A stretch of 64,000 nucleotides of DNA from Octopus vulgaris (lineage: Eukaryota): the NCBI GenBank assembly GCA_951406725.2, contig OX597827.1, forward strand, positions 5,208,001 through 5,272,000. The letters are read 5' to 3'. Below, piece after piece: positions 26,263 through 43,357 of the stretch. Under the pieces are notes generated by a model. It was not told where the DNA came from, made no database searches, and saw only the letters and a list, made by a program, of their open reading frames with translations. The translations under genes and the position numbers were made by a program. Position 1 is the stretch's first letter. Each line of letters starts with the position of its first letter.

Positions 26263-26483
26263 TTTTTCTCTCATTTATATTTGTGGATCTTTTATTTCAT
26301 TTGCTAACACAGCACACATAGAGCCTCCTACAGGTTCTTTCAGATCTAGTTTAATAAAACTCTTTGGCAGGTAGTTTTCCTACTTATTGTTTACATTTGA
26401 ATGTTTTGCAGCACATCAGAGGCAAATACATTAAGAATTTATATATATAATATATGTGTGTGTGTATAGAGTTACATAGGAAC

Positions 26484-26557
<74 letters not shown>

Positions 26558-27039
26558 GAAAAAGGTCTTCTTTTCAAATGTTGTACTGAAAGTAACGACT
26601 GTGTTCAAGTTTTACCTTTCCTAATATATATTGTATTTCATATTGCCCTATTAGTTCTCTATGCTTATTTTTTATATACTACAACCATTCTTTAGAGAAG
26701 ATTCTAGTGACCAATATAATTGGCGAAGGTTCAATCAATGGCACAACTAAACACCATATTAATCTTAAGCAAAGATTTTTGTGTCATCATTAATCGATGA
26801 CTCAAGTTTTTGTTTTCTTTCTGCTTATGTGTTCGTTGTATTTTTTTTTTTTTTTTACTTTATGTTTTATTTTGAGCTTGATCACATTGATTAGTTCTTA
26901 TGTTGACGGTGGTGATCTGAAGATAAGACAATATTTGGACAAAACTAATGTGTCCTATTTAAATATTTACAAAGTGTTTCTAAACAATAATAAAGATAAT
27001 TATAATTTCTCTTTGTTCCTCTGCTGCTCTTGTGATATA

Positions 27040-29960
<2,921 letters not shown>

Positions 29961-30605
29961 CTAAGAAATTTTTGTTGTAAATTGTTCAAGTCTTTTAAGG
30001 TGATGACAAAATATTTCTTTCTTTTCCTTTCTCCATGTGTTCAAACTCTTTAAAAAATTGAACAAGTAATTGAGAAATAAAATTTTAAAACTGAATAACA
30101 GCTGACTTGTCTTAGAAATCATTGTATTACTAGAATACAGTTTCTGGTTTTATAGTAATAAATTTATTAAAACTATCTTACTTATATTCTTTCTTGAATT
30201 TACCAAAAAAAAAAAAAAATGAAAAAAATGAGAAAAAAATGCTCTTTCTTGCAGAGAGGAAAAGTAGCAATAACACTTTTGATTCAATGAAAACATTAGC
30301 AAAGTATTAAAATATTATGTTTAATTTCATTAACATTAGTATTCTTTGATTTAAATAATGTAGAAATTACTATAGTTCTCTAAAAAACAAAAAAAAGGTG
30401 TTGTTTTCATAATATTAATAACATGAATCTCATGTTTTAGTAACAGACTAGTTATTGACTTCTCTGACAAATATTAGTTAATGAAAGAATACATTTATAA
30501 ATAATGAAGAAAGAAAACATGGAATGATGTTTCATTTTGTTTTTTTGTTTTAATAAACTCATGTGAAATAATGCTGTAACGATAAAACAACAAAATACAT
30601 TAAAC

Positions 30606-30830
30606 ACTTACTTCTGCTTGTAAATCCTGTCCAACGTGTTGTTTAGCTGAGCTGTGTATCCTGCTGTAGAGTTGTATAGTCACTGCTGCTGTTGTGCGCG
30701 AGATCTGTTATATGTGGCTTACTCTGTGTTGTTGTGTGAATGTGAAAGAGAGGTCTGCAGTTTTATCAAGTATAATGTGTGTGTAATATCTGCTGCAACC
30801 AATGATTGGCAGGTTATGGTTCCCATGGAA
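30606..30830 (-). promoter_or_regulatory. Candidate protocadherin promoter and non-coding first exon
   Basis: Non-repetitive, GC-richer island in AT-rich flanks. On the minus strand: NF-Y-type GCCAATCA (30810-30803, inside palindromic CCAATgATTGG), TATA-like TGATAAAA (30768-30761), Inr-like TTCACATTC near 30740, donor GCAGAA|GTAAGT at 30612/30611. Confidence 0.4.
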
Positions 30831-31989
30831 GGAAACAGAAAAACCTCCCTGCTTCAGGTTCCTATAGCAGAGTAAAATGTAACGAAGGGACAGGGACTTT
30901 ATATATGCCAGTAAGCCAGTGGACATACATTATTATTACATTTTATTATAGACGTGAAGAAGAAGAGAAAATGAAGGAAAAAAGTCCACATGTCTGGTTT
31001 ATAACTTGAGAAAAATAGCTTTCTAATTAACTTTTTTTAAATGCTTATTTTCCAAAAAATATCTTCAGATGCAAGGTAAAAACAAAATAACCATAAAAGT
31101 AAATTCTTAAACCATCCTTTTTTTTTCCTATGATGGAACTGTACATATAAAAAATAATTCACATAGCGAAAAAAAAAATCATTATGAATGAAGAAGACAG
31201 TTTTTGAAGAAATCTTCTGTTAATCTACACAGTTGTTTACATATAGATTAATGCCACAGAAAGAGAAAATATAAAAACTATATATATATATATATGTGTG
31301 TATATATATTTATTTTGAGCAGACGTTATTGATTATCTATTTTATAAAAGATTACTTTCATATATTGGTATAATATAGAACTTGTCTCATTTATGTATTT
31401 TTCCCCCCTTATCAATCAAATTCTATAGTGATTCAATTAATTTTCACAAATTTTATTTAGCTTATAATCAAATGAGAAAAACAAACAAACAAAGCAAAGC
31501 ATACACTATTAACATAAAGAAAAATAAATTATCTACAGTCAAAACTTAAAAGTAAAATATCTCTTAGTAACAAACCAAAAAGGAAATGAATTTTTTTTTC
31601 TTTTTCTTTATTTGTTTGCAATTTTCTTTTTAAATATTTCCTTCGCTATTTTAAATTAATGAAGATAATAGAAGTAATAAATTATATAAACTTACTACTG
31701 AAATCATTATCTTTGTTTCAAGTTATAATTAATGTTGATTTACATCATTCATCTTGTTTTCAACTATGTTGTTTCTCCTTTTCTTCGAATAATGAGAAAA
31801 ACCAAAAATAAAAGCAATAACATCAAAACAACAATAATTAGTATTTCTTAAATAAGTATGAAGTCTTAGAATTGTAGGTGAGAAAATTTGAGAAATGTTT
31901 GCCTTTCAAAAGTGCATTATTTATGTTAGTCAGAAAGGTTAGGAAGCTTTATGAAAATATGGTTTGTAAAATTAAATAAATTCTTGATA

Positions 31990-32377
31990 GGCGCAGGAGT
32001 GGCTGTGTGGTAAGTAGCTTGCTAACCAACCACATGGTTCCGGGTTCAGTCCCACTGCGTGGCATCTTGGGCAAGTGCCTTCTGCTATAACCCCGGGCCG
32101 ACCAATGCCTTGTGAGTAGATTTCGTAGACGGAAACTGAAAGAAGCCTGTCGTATATATGTATATCTATATATGTGTGTGTGTATATGTGTTTGATTGAC
32201 AACCGGTGTTGCTGGTGTGTTTACGTCCCCATCACTTAGCGGTTCAGCAAAAGAGACCGATAGAATAAGTACTGGGCTTACAAAGAATAAGTCCCGGGGT
32301 CGATTTGCTAGACTAAAGGCGGTGCTCCAGCATGGCCGCAGTCAAATGACTGAAACAAGTAAAAGAGTAAAAGAGTA
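31990..32377 (+). mobile_element. SINE family A
   Basis: Starts GGCGCAGGAGTGGCTGTGTGG and ends in the GTAAAAGA repeats. Confidence 0.9.
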
Positions 32378-32678
32378 AGAACATAAACACAATACATGTA
32401 TTTGATAGTTTACACTGTAATTTCTTGGATGTTAGGTTTCTAGTTGTACAGTAGTAGATTGGCAGAATAGTCAACACACCAGACAAAACGCCTTGTGATA
32501 TTTAGTTGCAGTTCTTCATAGTCTGTGTTCGAATCCCCATAAGATCCAACATTACTATTCATCCTTCCAGGGTTGATAAAATAAAGAACCTGTCAAATAT
32601 TTCTTAGTATTGAATCAACCCACTTCTCTTCCCAAATATGTGCCATGGTGCTTCTGTTGAGAATCACTATTTTTAGTT

Positions 32679-32718
<40 letters not shown>

Positions 32719-32857
32719 TCGGGGTGAGTACTTGATAATTATAAGCACCTGTGTATACCGTTTGGTGGTGTAGGTGGTGGAGTACGCGAATGAGAGGATT
32801 TGCATCCCCAACCAAGAATTTTTGATGTAACACATGTCCTTGTGGAAGCTGTTGTGC

Positions 32858-32935
32858 GCGGCTGAAGAAGGCCACAGACATACATTATGCATTGTTATAA
32901 ATCTGTCTAATAAAGGCCCGAAACATATGTACCGC
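32858..32935 (+). ncRNA. Type I hammerhead ribozyme motif (minimal, Penelope/retrozyme-like)
   Basis: Stem I GCGG/CCGC; CTGAAGA at 32862-32868; stem II GGCC/GGCC extended by ACAGA/TCTGT; GAAAC at 32920-32924; palindromic stem III ACATATGT; cleavage triplet GTA at 32929-32931. A-C mismatch at 10.1-11.1. Confidence 0.7.
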
Positions 32936-32972
32936 TGAATCCTTCGCATCATGTTTTTATTTTATTTTGATC

Positions 32973-33010
<38 letters not shown>

Positions 33011-33354
33011 TGGGTACTGGAATGGATGTAGGCAAAGATATGGAATAGGTGCAGGCATAGCTGTGTGGTTGAGAAATTCATTTTTTAACCATGTGGTTCA
33101 CTTCACAGCCACATGATCTCAGATTTAGTGTCATTGCATGGCATCATGGGTTAGTATCTTCTACTATAGCTTTGAGCTAACCAATGCCTCATGAATAAAA
33201 CTGATTGACAAAAACTGTGCACAAGTATGTTACACACATACACATGCAGGCACATGCATACACACACATACGAACATATATGTATAAACACACACACAGG
33301 CATTTATATACACATACATATATATATATATATATATACACACACATGTATATA

Positions 33355-34610
33355 TTGGATCATCCCATAAATAATGCAGTTCTTTCAATTGCATGAAAAG
33401 TTGGAGGAGGATGGGATAATCTACATGCATCAACTTGCTATAAAAGCAGGCAGTAATTTTGTGTTGAACTTATTCTTAGTGCAAGTTTTAAAGAGTGCAG
33501 TTCGATTTTAGCAGCTTTTTTTTTTCAAAGCAATAATGGAAGTAACAAAGGAGCAAATTCAGCATGTTTTGCTTTATGAGTTCAACAAAAGCAACAACTC
33601 AGTGGAAACTGCAAGGAATATTAATGCAGTATATGAAGATCAGACAATAATCGTAAGCCAGAGTCATGTGGTTCCAGAAATTCTGAGCCAGAAACTACAG
33701 AATAGAAGATAAGCCTTGTCCTGGAAGATCTGTAGGGCTCGACAAAGATGTCCTACAAACCCTGGTGACTCAAAGTTCCAGCGTAACTGTTGAGGAACTA
33801 GCAGAGAAGCTTGGCTTAGGTTATCCAATCATTCATCGACACCTGTGTTCCATTGGAAAAGTCAGCAAACTGGGTCATTGGGTTCCTCACAAACTCTCCA
33901 AGCCTAAGCACATGCAGAGAACGAATGTGTGCTCTTCTTTGCTGTCACGTCTCATGAATGAACCTTTTTGGGACCGAATAGTGACTAGTGATGAGAAATG
34001 GATTCTCTATAACAATGTCAGCTGCTGAAGACAGTGGGTAAGGGAAAGGAAAAACAGTGGTATCCCAGGCTAAAGAAGGTCTTCACCCATGTAAGATGTT
34101 GTTACCTGTTTGGTGAGATATGAAAGGTTTAGTCCATTTTGAACTTTTAAACCCAAACCAAATGATAACAAAGGAGATCTACTGTGAGCAGCTTAAGTCA
34201 GCACTAGAAGGAAAATGACCATGATGAAAGGTGTTCTTCCATCAGGATAATGCTTAGTCACATACTGTGAGGATGAAATTTGAAAGGCTGGGGCAGTTTG
34301 AATGGGAAACGATGCTCCAACCACCATATTCGTTGGACATTGACTCATCTGATTATCATTCATTCCACAGTCTTTAAAATCATTTGGATGCAAGAAACAT
34401 GAATTCTGTAGATGAGATTAGAACAGTACTGGAGGAGTATTTTTCGTCACGGACAAGTGAATTTTGAAAGTGGGGCCTTGCAAGTCCATCAGACAGATGG
34501 AAGACCATTGTAGAAAATGAAAAATATATTTTAGATTAAAAAATAACTTTGCTTATCGTAATTTTGGAAAATAAAAGAAGTAAAACCGCATTATTTATGG
34601 GATGACACAA
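33355..34610 (+). mobile_element. Full-length mariner (DD34D) fossil
   Basis: ~28-bp TIRs (ttggatcatcccataaataatgc / gcattatttatgggatgacacaa) flanked by TA; 1256 bp; disrupted transposase with WVPHKL, IVTSDEKW, HQDNA and PYSxDxxSSDY. Confidence 0.92.
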
Positions 34611-36176
34611 TATATATATGTACATACATACATGTCTGTGTGTATATATATATATATACTTGCACATACACATGTATATATATATATATATATATATGGT
34701 CATCGTCTTTTAGTTGCTGGCTACCAAATTCACTCACAAGACTTTGGTCATCCTGCTGTCATAGCAGAAGGCACCAGGCTACAGTTCCTTGCAGTGACTG
34801 AACCTGAAACCACATGGTTTTGAAACACATTTCTGAAACACATAGCCATGCCTGCATCTGAGTGTGTGTGTATGTGAGTGTGTGTTTTACATTCTGGGTG
34901 TCTGGAGGGAGGACTGTGCCCTTGGCTTTGCTGGTCTTCTGATGTTGGTGAGATTGTTACTTCTAATGTTCCTCTTGAATCTTTGCAAGTCAATACCCAT
35001 AGGAAAGATATGAGTTGAGAGAGAAAGAGAGAGAGATATCCAAAGATATGACATTTTTGGAAGAAAGGACTGAGTGCAGTGATTAGTTCTGGGCTAGAGG
35101 TGGTTGGATAACACAAGTGTGTTGAGAGGAAGAGAGATGAATGGGATATGAAAGCTTGAGGGCAGGTAATATGTGCCTAGACAAATCTGAGAAGCAGATA
35201 CTATTACAGTAAGAAAGACTGAGAGAGAAGTCTGCACATATGTGGATCAGGGGCTGGAGCATGTCTATCAGTGATTTATGCCAGTCAGAGAAGTGGTGTA
35301 GTTTTAGATACAATGTCAGATGTATGCACCAGCAGCTCTGTTCTAGATATGATAACAACACTCCATTGTGAGCATTACCTGAATTTTGTAGAATGTCAAT
35401 AATTATTAGAGAACGAAGTGTCTTCTAGTCTGAAGAGGAGGCTAGTCAGTTGTTAAGATGCAGTTGTAGGTATTTTAAAGATGTAGTTTTCTAAGGAACG
35501 ATTCTCTGTGATAGTGAGGTTCCATGTTTGGAGCAGCTGTGAGGGCTCCAATGCCTTAATCTTGATCTTGATTAAGGGGTTGTGGTATGATGATGTTATG
35601 TTTTGATATGGGTAGTATTTGTTTTCTTGCTGTTGGAAGAGATAAGGGTAGCATGGTCTTATTGGAGGATGCTTCCAGGTCTTTATTTATGGAATTGGTC
35701 CAGTGACTTGGTTGTGAGTTGCTGGTATATAGTCAAAGAAGGTTATAGAAAAATGAAGCATAATATCGTGCGTGTAAGAGTGGACATTGTTGAACATTGT
35801 TGACAGCAAATAGATCATTGATGCATAGAGGGAGGTGGTGGATACAGAACCGAACTCTAGAATGAGCTCCATAAATACGAGACACTGTGATTGTGCAATC
35901 TTGTGGCTACTGACCCAGGAGAAGATGAGCTAGAATGGTAAATCCTTTGTCTCAAGCATTTCATGAAGTCCATTCCGTCATCCAAAGTCCATATGACCAT
36001 CAGGCAGCATATTAAGTCTATATCAAGAAAAATATTGCCTCCAACAGGCTTCCACAAAGTTTCCATTACAAAATTTTACTCACAAAACTTTGGATGTTAG
36101 AAGACACTATAGAACCAAACCTCAGATTACACATAGGATTATATACACACACTTGCATGCACCCATGTGTGTGTGT

Positions 36177-36298
<122 letters not shown>

Positions 36299-37527
36299 TA
36301 ATGAACTTTACCACCTTATTGTTAAATATAGTTCTTAATTGTCAATTATTAGCTTTCTCTTTAAAAAAATAATGTCACTTTATATTCCTTTCTACTTATA
36401 ATAAATTCTGCATCTTATCTTCAATAATTATATTATTCTGATGCTATAAATAATCTCTTGTTTATATCAAATTCTGATCTTTAAACAAAAATATATGACC
36501 ATATAAATGAAATACTAATCGAACTAGAATTGGTTCAATTAGTGTTTGATTTTGAAAATTATTGCTCTATCAAATTTAAATTGATACCAGTTATTCAACA
36601 TTATTTTATAGTGTAACCTTGATAGAGCAATTCTAAAAGTTTGTTTCATTAATGGATTATCTTAAAATGCTCAGTAGTTGAATATTTTAGACTATTTATT
36701 GTTTGGAAAAAAGTGTGTGTCAGTAAGTTATGAGATAAAATAAAGACCAATATTTTGGATGGGAATTTTGTTTGGAGGAGAAGGGAAATAATTTGAACAA
36801 TTGCTTGCTGTTCTATTGACCTTACATCATAAGTTCACATTCTGTTACAAACATTAAGCTGTCCCCTATGGCAAAGCATACTACTTTTATTAATTAATTA
36901 TGATGCAAAACATATCTTCATTGTGTAATTGCAGAAACAATTCAATTAATGCTATTATGAAAAATAAAGTTATTTAACAAAACATAAATGATTAATAGAT
37001 ATTATTTAATCTGGTTTCCATTTGAGACTATTTGTTTTGTACTTTATTTTATTGAGAAAGAGTTTGTTTGGAATTTTATTAATAGATTCAGAATTATATA
37101 TTTACTATATCACTGTAGTCTTTAATAAATATTCTGTTGTTTTAGAGTAAATTTCTTATAATTCAATGTGCAAAGCTATGGTAGGAACTGTCTGGAGAGT
37201 TGATAGGACTAGAATGGAAATATGGATATAGGGAAGTTGTTGGCTGTATCTGAACTCGGGAAATATGTCTTTTAATATAGCTGGGTAGTATCTGAGGTAA
37301 TTTGATTGCTATTTTAAACAATTGCACAGAGGCATTCCTGTTTGGTTCATATCATATCTGTCCGTAATAACGTGGTGGAGCTTAACTAATTATTCAAAAG
37401 ATGGAACTGCAACTCTTTCTACAGACAAGAACCCTAGTTTATCACAGAATATCCAGGGGAAGGTTTATACTGCAGATCTAGGATATGGAAAGTTGATAGG
37501 AAAAGAATGGAAACAGGGATGTAAAGA

Positions 37528-38798
37528 TGCTGTTGTCATGAAAGTTCTTGCGGAATTTTTAATTTGGGTTTTAAATGATGTATTTTTCAAATTAATTTTC
37601 ATTAAATTACTTTGACTTTATATATCAATTTAAAGCCCGTTTTTCACTCTATCTAATCATGTTGCTCCTTTACTTTTTGAATAATTAGGCCATTTTTTCT
37701 GGAACATTGAATACAACACGGACAAAAAGCAAATTCACGCAATTTTCTTATTCCAGTTCAAGCTAGGCTGGAAAACTGCTGAAACAGCTCGTGATATCAA
37801 TGATGCGTTTGGCCGAGGAACCACCAATGAATGTACAGCACAATGGTGGTTCAAGAAATTTCATAGCTGTGATGAGAGTCTTGAAGATGATAAGTGTAAT
37901 GGTCGGCAATTGGATGTTGAACTAAGAGCCTTAGTGGAAGCCAATCCATGCACAACTGTTTGAGAGCTTGCTTCTGAATTAGACGTAACGTTTACGACAA
38001 TTTCCATCCACTTGAAAGAGATTGGAAAAACAAAAATACTTGAAAAATGGGTGCCACACGAATTTAACACCAACCAAAAAAATGCCATTTTCGAGTGTCA
38101 TCTTCCCTTCTTTTATGCAACAAAAGCAACCTGTTTCTTGACCGGATTGTGACTTGCAATGAAAAGTGGATTCTTTACGACAACCGGTGACACTCAGCTC
38201 AGTGATTGGATGCCATCGAAGCTCCACGGCACTTCCTGAAGCCAAAGTTGCACCAAAAGAAGGTCATGGTGACTATTTGGAGTTCTGCTGCTGGTCTCAT
38301 CCATCACAGCTTTTTGGATCCAGGCGAAACCATTACGGCGGACAAGTACTGTCAGCAAATGGATGAAATGCATAAGAAACTTCGACAACAGCCAACATTG
38401 GTCAATAGAAAATGACCAATTCTTCTCCACAACAACACCCAGCTGCACATCACACAACTGACCCTGCAGAAATTGAATGAATAGGGCTACGAAACAAACT
38501 CTGCCTTATCTGCCATACTCACCAGACCTCTTGCCTACCACTTTTTCAAGCATTTCGACAACTTCCTGCGTGAGAAATGCTTCAAAAACCAAGACGATGC
38601 CAAACATGCCTTCAACAACTTCATCGCCACCAGAATGCAGGATTTTTATGCTACTGGCATAAATAAACTTGCTTCATGTTGACAAAAGTGTGTTGATTCT
38701 GATGGTATTTATTTCAGTGAATAAAGTTTTGTTTAAGCCAAGATATAGGCATCTGAATTTAAAGGTTAAAAACCACAAGAACTTTCTTGACAACCTAA
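37528..38798 (+). mobile_element. Full-length mariner fossil, cecropia subfamily (Hsmar1-like)
   Basis: TIRs gttgtcatgaaagttcttgcgg / ccacaagaactttcttgacaacctaa+TA. Disrupted transposase 37718-38723 with DKKQIHAIFLFQFK...QWWFKKF, WVPHE, KPKLHQKKVMVTIW and PYSPDL. Confidence 0.92.
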
Positions 38799-40110
38799 TA
38801 ATTTCAGTCAGATCTTTTTCTGTAAATAGCTGAATATCATTTCTCTTCTTATATAGCTCCAGAGCAGACTTGATTGAACAGGCCTTTGATTAAAGTGTTT
38901 CAGCCAATTCATGTAGGTGCAGATATAGCCACATAGTTAAGAAGTTTATTTTTTGACCATAGGGTTCTGGATTCAATTTTTCTGCATTGACTAATGTCTT
39001 GTGAATAGAATTTGGTAAATGGAAACTGTGTTGAAGCTCATTATGTGTCTGTATAATTTTAAAAATATTTTTGTATGACTTAGTCAGGAAGGGCCAAGTC
39101 ACAAGCTTATCACCTTTTCTTAGGTTGAAATCCTCACTTGATTGCCAAGCATTCAAAGGAGGATTTGAAAAGCTGTGATATATTATAGCTAGATGAGGTA
39201 AGTTATTGAGTATTTAGTGTTTTGTTTTTTTCCAGTGACAGAATACAAAGCATCAACTTGCTAGCTTGTATGATGACAGCTTAACGAATCAGTCAGTGTT
39301 GGCTTTCATTTTGAACAGATAATAGCTGAGTGATTCAATCTAATCTGAGGTTTCATTTAAATTTTAATTCCTCATATCTGTCTCCATAGTGTTTAAAATT
39401 ATTTTATGTTGAGAAAGAAAAAAAAATATTTAAAAAAATCCTTTGACCAACATGTTAAAATTTTAGTGGAAGATTTTTCTGCATAAAAGTTATAGGATAT
39501 ATATCTATGCAGGTGCTATATACAAGAATATCTATTTATGTAAGGTCAAGATCGTGAATTGTCAGTGTCTTTAGAGTATTTAGACTGCCTTGCAATATTT
39601 CTTCTGCTCTCTGTGCTCCAAGTTCAAATCCTGCCAAAATCAAGTTTGCATTTCAATCTTTTTACAGTTGGTAAAAAAGTATCAATCAAGAGCAGTGAAT
39701 TCATAGATGTGCTGGAACATCAGAAAAGATACTTTATAATATGTGTTCCAGCCTTTTATTCTCATAGTCATCCCTGCAATATCCTGTGACAAGCTGTATC
39801 AACCCTAGTCTTTCCCTTTGAAAATTTTGGTGGTGTAGAGAGATGAGGATTCCACATAGGAGCAACTACCACCCTTCCACAAAACCCATTGCTTAAGCCT
39901 GTGCATACAATTGTAGGTTGTAGACTCATGCTGACTAACAGAGACCACTACATAAGAGGTTTACTTTGCAACCATATGGTTCTGGATTTAATCCCACTGC
40001 ATAGCACCTTGATCAAATACCTTCTTGCATAACACAAGGTCGACCGATGCCTTCTGAGCGGAATTTGGCAGGTGGAAACTCTGCAGAGGTACACCTGTCA
40101 TATGTCTATT

Positions 40111-40153
<43 letters not shown>

Positions 40154-42589
40154 TAATTAATTAATTTATTCATTTTTGTAGCTTAGCGAGGAGAAACAGC
40201 GATGCCCATGACTTCTCTCAGTGCTTCTATCTGTGGAAAGAAGGAAGGGACAAAGGAAGGAAGGAAGAAAAGAAGGAAAGACAGAAAGAAGGAAGGAAGG
40301 TAGGCAGACATTTTTTAGACTAGAGACTTGACCTGAATGCTTGTAATAGAGAGGGTTTTTATAATATCATCCAAGTGCCTGGTGGTAGTGGTAAACCTGG
40401 CAATAGATTAAGTTTTCTAGACAGAAACTTGGTGTATACTGGCATAAACAAGTTGGATGAGTTGCATTCCTGTGCTTCAAAAGATAACTTAGCCATTCAA
40501 TAAATTGGAATCGATGAAATCAGAACCAAACTGAAATAAATATTTGGGTTGATATGATAATTGACCAAAAACACCATTCATAAGCTTCAGTATGGCCATA
40601 GTCCAATGATGGTAAGCAATAAAAGAATAAAAGATTACCCATACCTTTAGTGTTTCAGAACAAAAATAGGTAAGTTTTTTTTTCTGTTTTATACAAAACA
40701 AAATAAAGACAAGAAAGAGAAAAAAGAGATACTACTTCTAATAAATAATGTGCTTCTATTCAAAATTTTTGAATACCACTGGTGTAGGTAAATGGAAACC
40801 AAATGAATGATTCTTGTATAAAATCACAATTTGCCAAGACACAGTTATAAATATGATGATTCTTTAGAATATTTTTAATAGAAGTTTAAAAAAAAAAAAT
40901 TCAGTTACATATGTTGTAATGTCTGAAAATAAAATATGGAGAGAATGGACTATTTTCTATGCATAGATATTAGTAAAAGTAGGGGAGCCGTGCTACACTT
41001 TAAACAATGTCTTTCTTAAATTCTTTGGTCAGTATAGAAGATCATAATTGAATTTGTATTATTTATTAAAATCCATTTTCAATTCAAACAAAATTGATTA
41101 AATTAATCAGCAGGCTTCACTTGCAACTTTGACCCTTATTCCTTTAGTTTTATTTTATAATTTTCTATCTTCAAATTTCTATAGATTCTTTCCTAATATA
41201 CTAAATCATACATTTTTTTCTCATAAGAAATATTAAATTGAATTATATATTTAATTCTCTCTAATTCTAAATAAAACATTTCCTTTCTGTTGCTCCTCAT
41301 CATCATTTACTCCATATATGTTTAATTTTCTTGCATTTGTCATAATTGTATCTGTAGAAACGAGGAAGATTTAAAATATTTTTCAAGTAACTGTTTAAAC
41401 ATTCCATTGTCATCTAAAATGAACAGAATGAGAATTCAACTCTAAGATCTAGGTCATATTTTTCTCGTAGATACAGCTATTTAAACTCTTTATTAAAATG
41501 ATTGGTAACCAAATACTGCATAACCAAACGTAGCACTTTCTAAGCAGCTATATGACAGTTTTTATATGGTTTCTTTCTCTTCTTTTCCTAACTTTTATTA
41601 CTTTTTCCCTTTCTTTGTTCATTGGATATATAAGCTTCAGTTTAACTTTACATCTTTTCCACATTGATGTTATTTCCTACGTAGAAACCATTATGCTTCT
41701 TTCTTTCATTTGCTCTGTGCAACAGAATTCCAATCCTATCTATGAATTCCCAATTCCTACAAACTGCAGCTTCTGACAGATAAACTTTCAGGATATCATA
41801 AAACTGCTAATCTCTCATGCTTGCTGTCTTCCAGTTTTCCCTAGAAACTCACTCAATTATAAGTATGGCTATCTTTCATGTGTTGTATCAGAAAAACAAT
41901 CTCTGAAATTTATCATCATGAAATACAATGGATGCGAGGAAAAACTATTCGCTATGATTTCATGTGATACTGTGAAAATATGTTCATGATTTACTATCAA
42001 CATAATTCTTTCTGAATAGAAAACAAGATAGTTTCCTTAGAATTATCACTGTGGATAATGCAAAAACCAAATCTAATATTAGTATCATTTATTAGATGTA
42101 GTAATGACAGATTTCAGGACAAAATATATGCAAACTGCAAAGAGACCGAAACATTAATGCATTCAATAGAAGTAGTATGGTTAACTATTGATATTGTTTA
42201 CTAGATATAACTAGTCTGGTTTGAATGCTTGTGTAAATGTACATACACACACATATATAAACACACACACACACACATATACATACATACACATATGCAC
42301 ACATACACACTCACACACACATGCATACGAACATGGATACACATACATATATGCATACATACATTCATACATAGATGCACACTCTCTCCCTCTCTTTCTT
42401 TTTCTCTCTCTCTCTCTCTCATACACACATACACACTCATACACTGAAAGTAGTGAATTGGTGTGGGGGATAAGATACCTTGCAGCTTTTGTTCCGGTTC
42501 TTTGTTCTGGTTTCAAATTCCAAGAAGGTCGACTTTGATTTTCTACTTTCCAGGGTAGATAAAGAGCTAATCAAGTACTGCCATTAATA

Positions 42590-42645
<56 letters not shown>

Positions 42646-43109
42646 ACACACTCTCTCTTTCTCTCCCTCTCCCTCTATCTCTCTCTCTCTCCCTCTCTCC
42701 TCTCTCAATCTACTACATCACACTGTGAAAGATTATGAAGTGTCTCTTCAGAAAAAAAGCAAGGTCTGCATAAGACAGTTGCAACCTCTTCTCATAGAAA
42801 AACATACATGTTCCTGGAACTATCCAAGGACGTGCCAGAGTACAGTATGATATGAAACAAATAAAATATATGGCATATTTAGGTATGGCTGTATGATTAT
42901 GGAGTTTGCTTTGCAATCATGAGGTTCCAGATTTAACGCACCACATGGCTTCTTTGACCATAAACTCAGATTAATTCAAATCTTGTGAGAGAGAGTAGTA
43001 AGAAGATATGAAATATCCATTGGAGGGATTGTAATTCGTTACTCAAAAGGCAAACTTTGTCCGATTGTGTCCCTCTGGTTCTTATTGGTAACGGTTCATG
43101 TATTCTTCA

Positions 43110-43319
43110 ACTCTTTACTCTTTTTACTCTTTTACTTGTTTCAGTCATTTGACTGCAGCTATGCTGGAGCACCACCTTTAGTTGAGCAAATCGACCCCGG
43201 GACTTATTCTTTGTAAGCCCAGTACTTATTCTATTGGTCTCTTTTGCCGAACCACTAAGTGACGGGGATGTAAACACACCAGCATCGGTTGTCAAGCAAT
43301 GCTAGGGGGACAAACACAA

Positions 43320-43357
<38 letters not shown>

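Noticed and set aside
26700-26737. gatt-CTAGTGA-ccaat ata attgg-cGAAG-gttc-aatc, hammerhead-shaped
   Set aside because: Both catalytic boxes deviate from consensus; may be chance.
34890-36060. Possible Penelope RT/endonuclease remnant on the minus strand (also IIKPDKG near 10140-10165)
   Set aside because: Only isolated short motifs such as FLDI; too degraded to call by eye.
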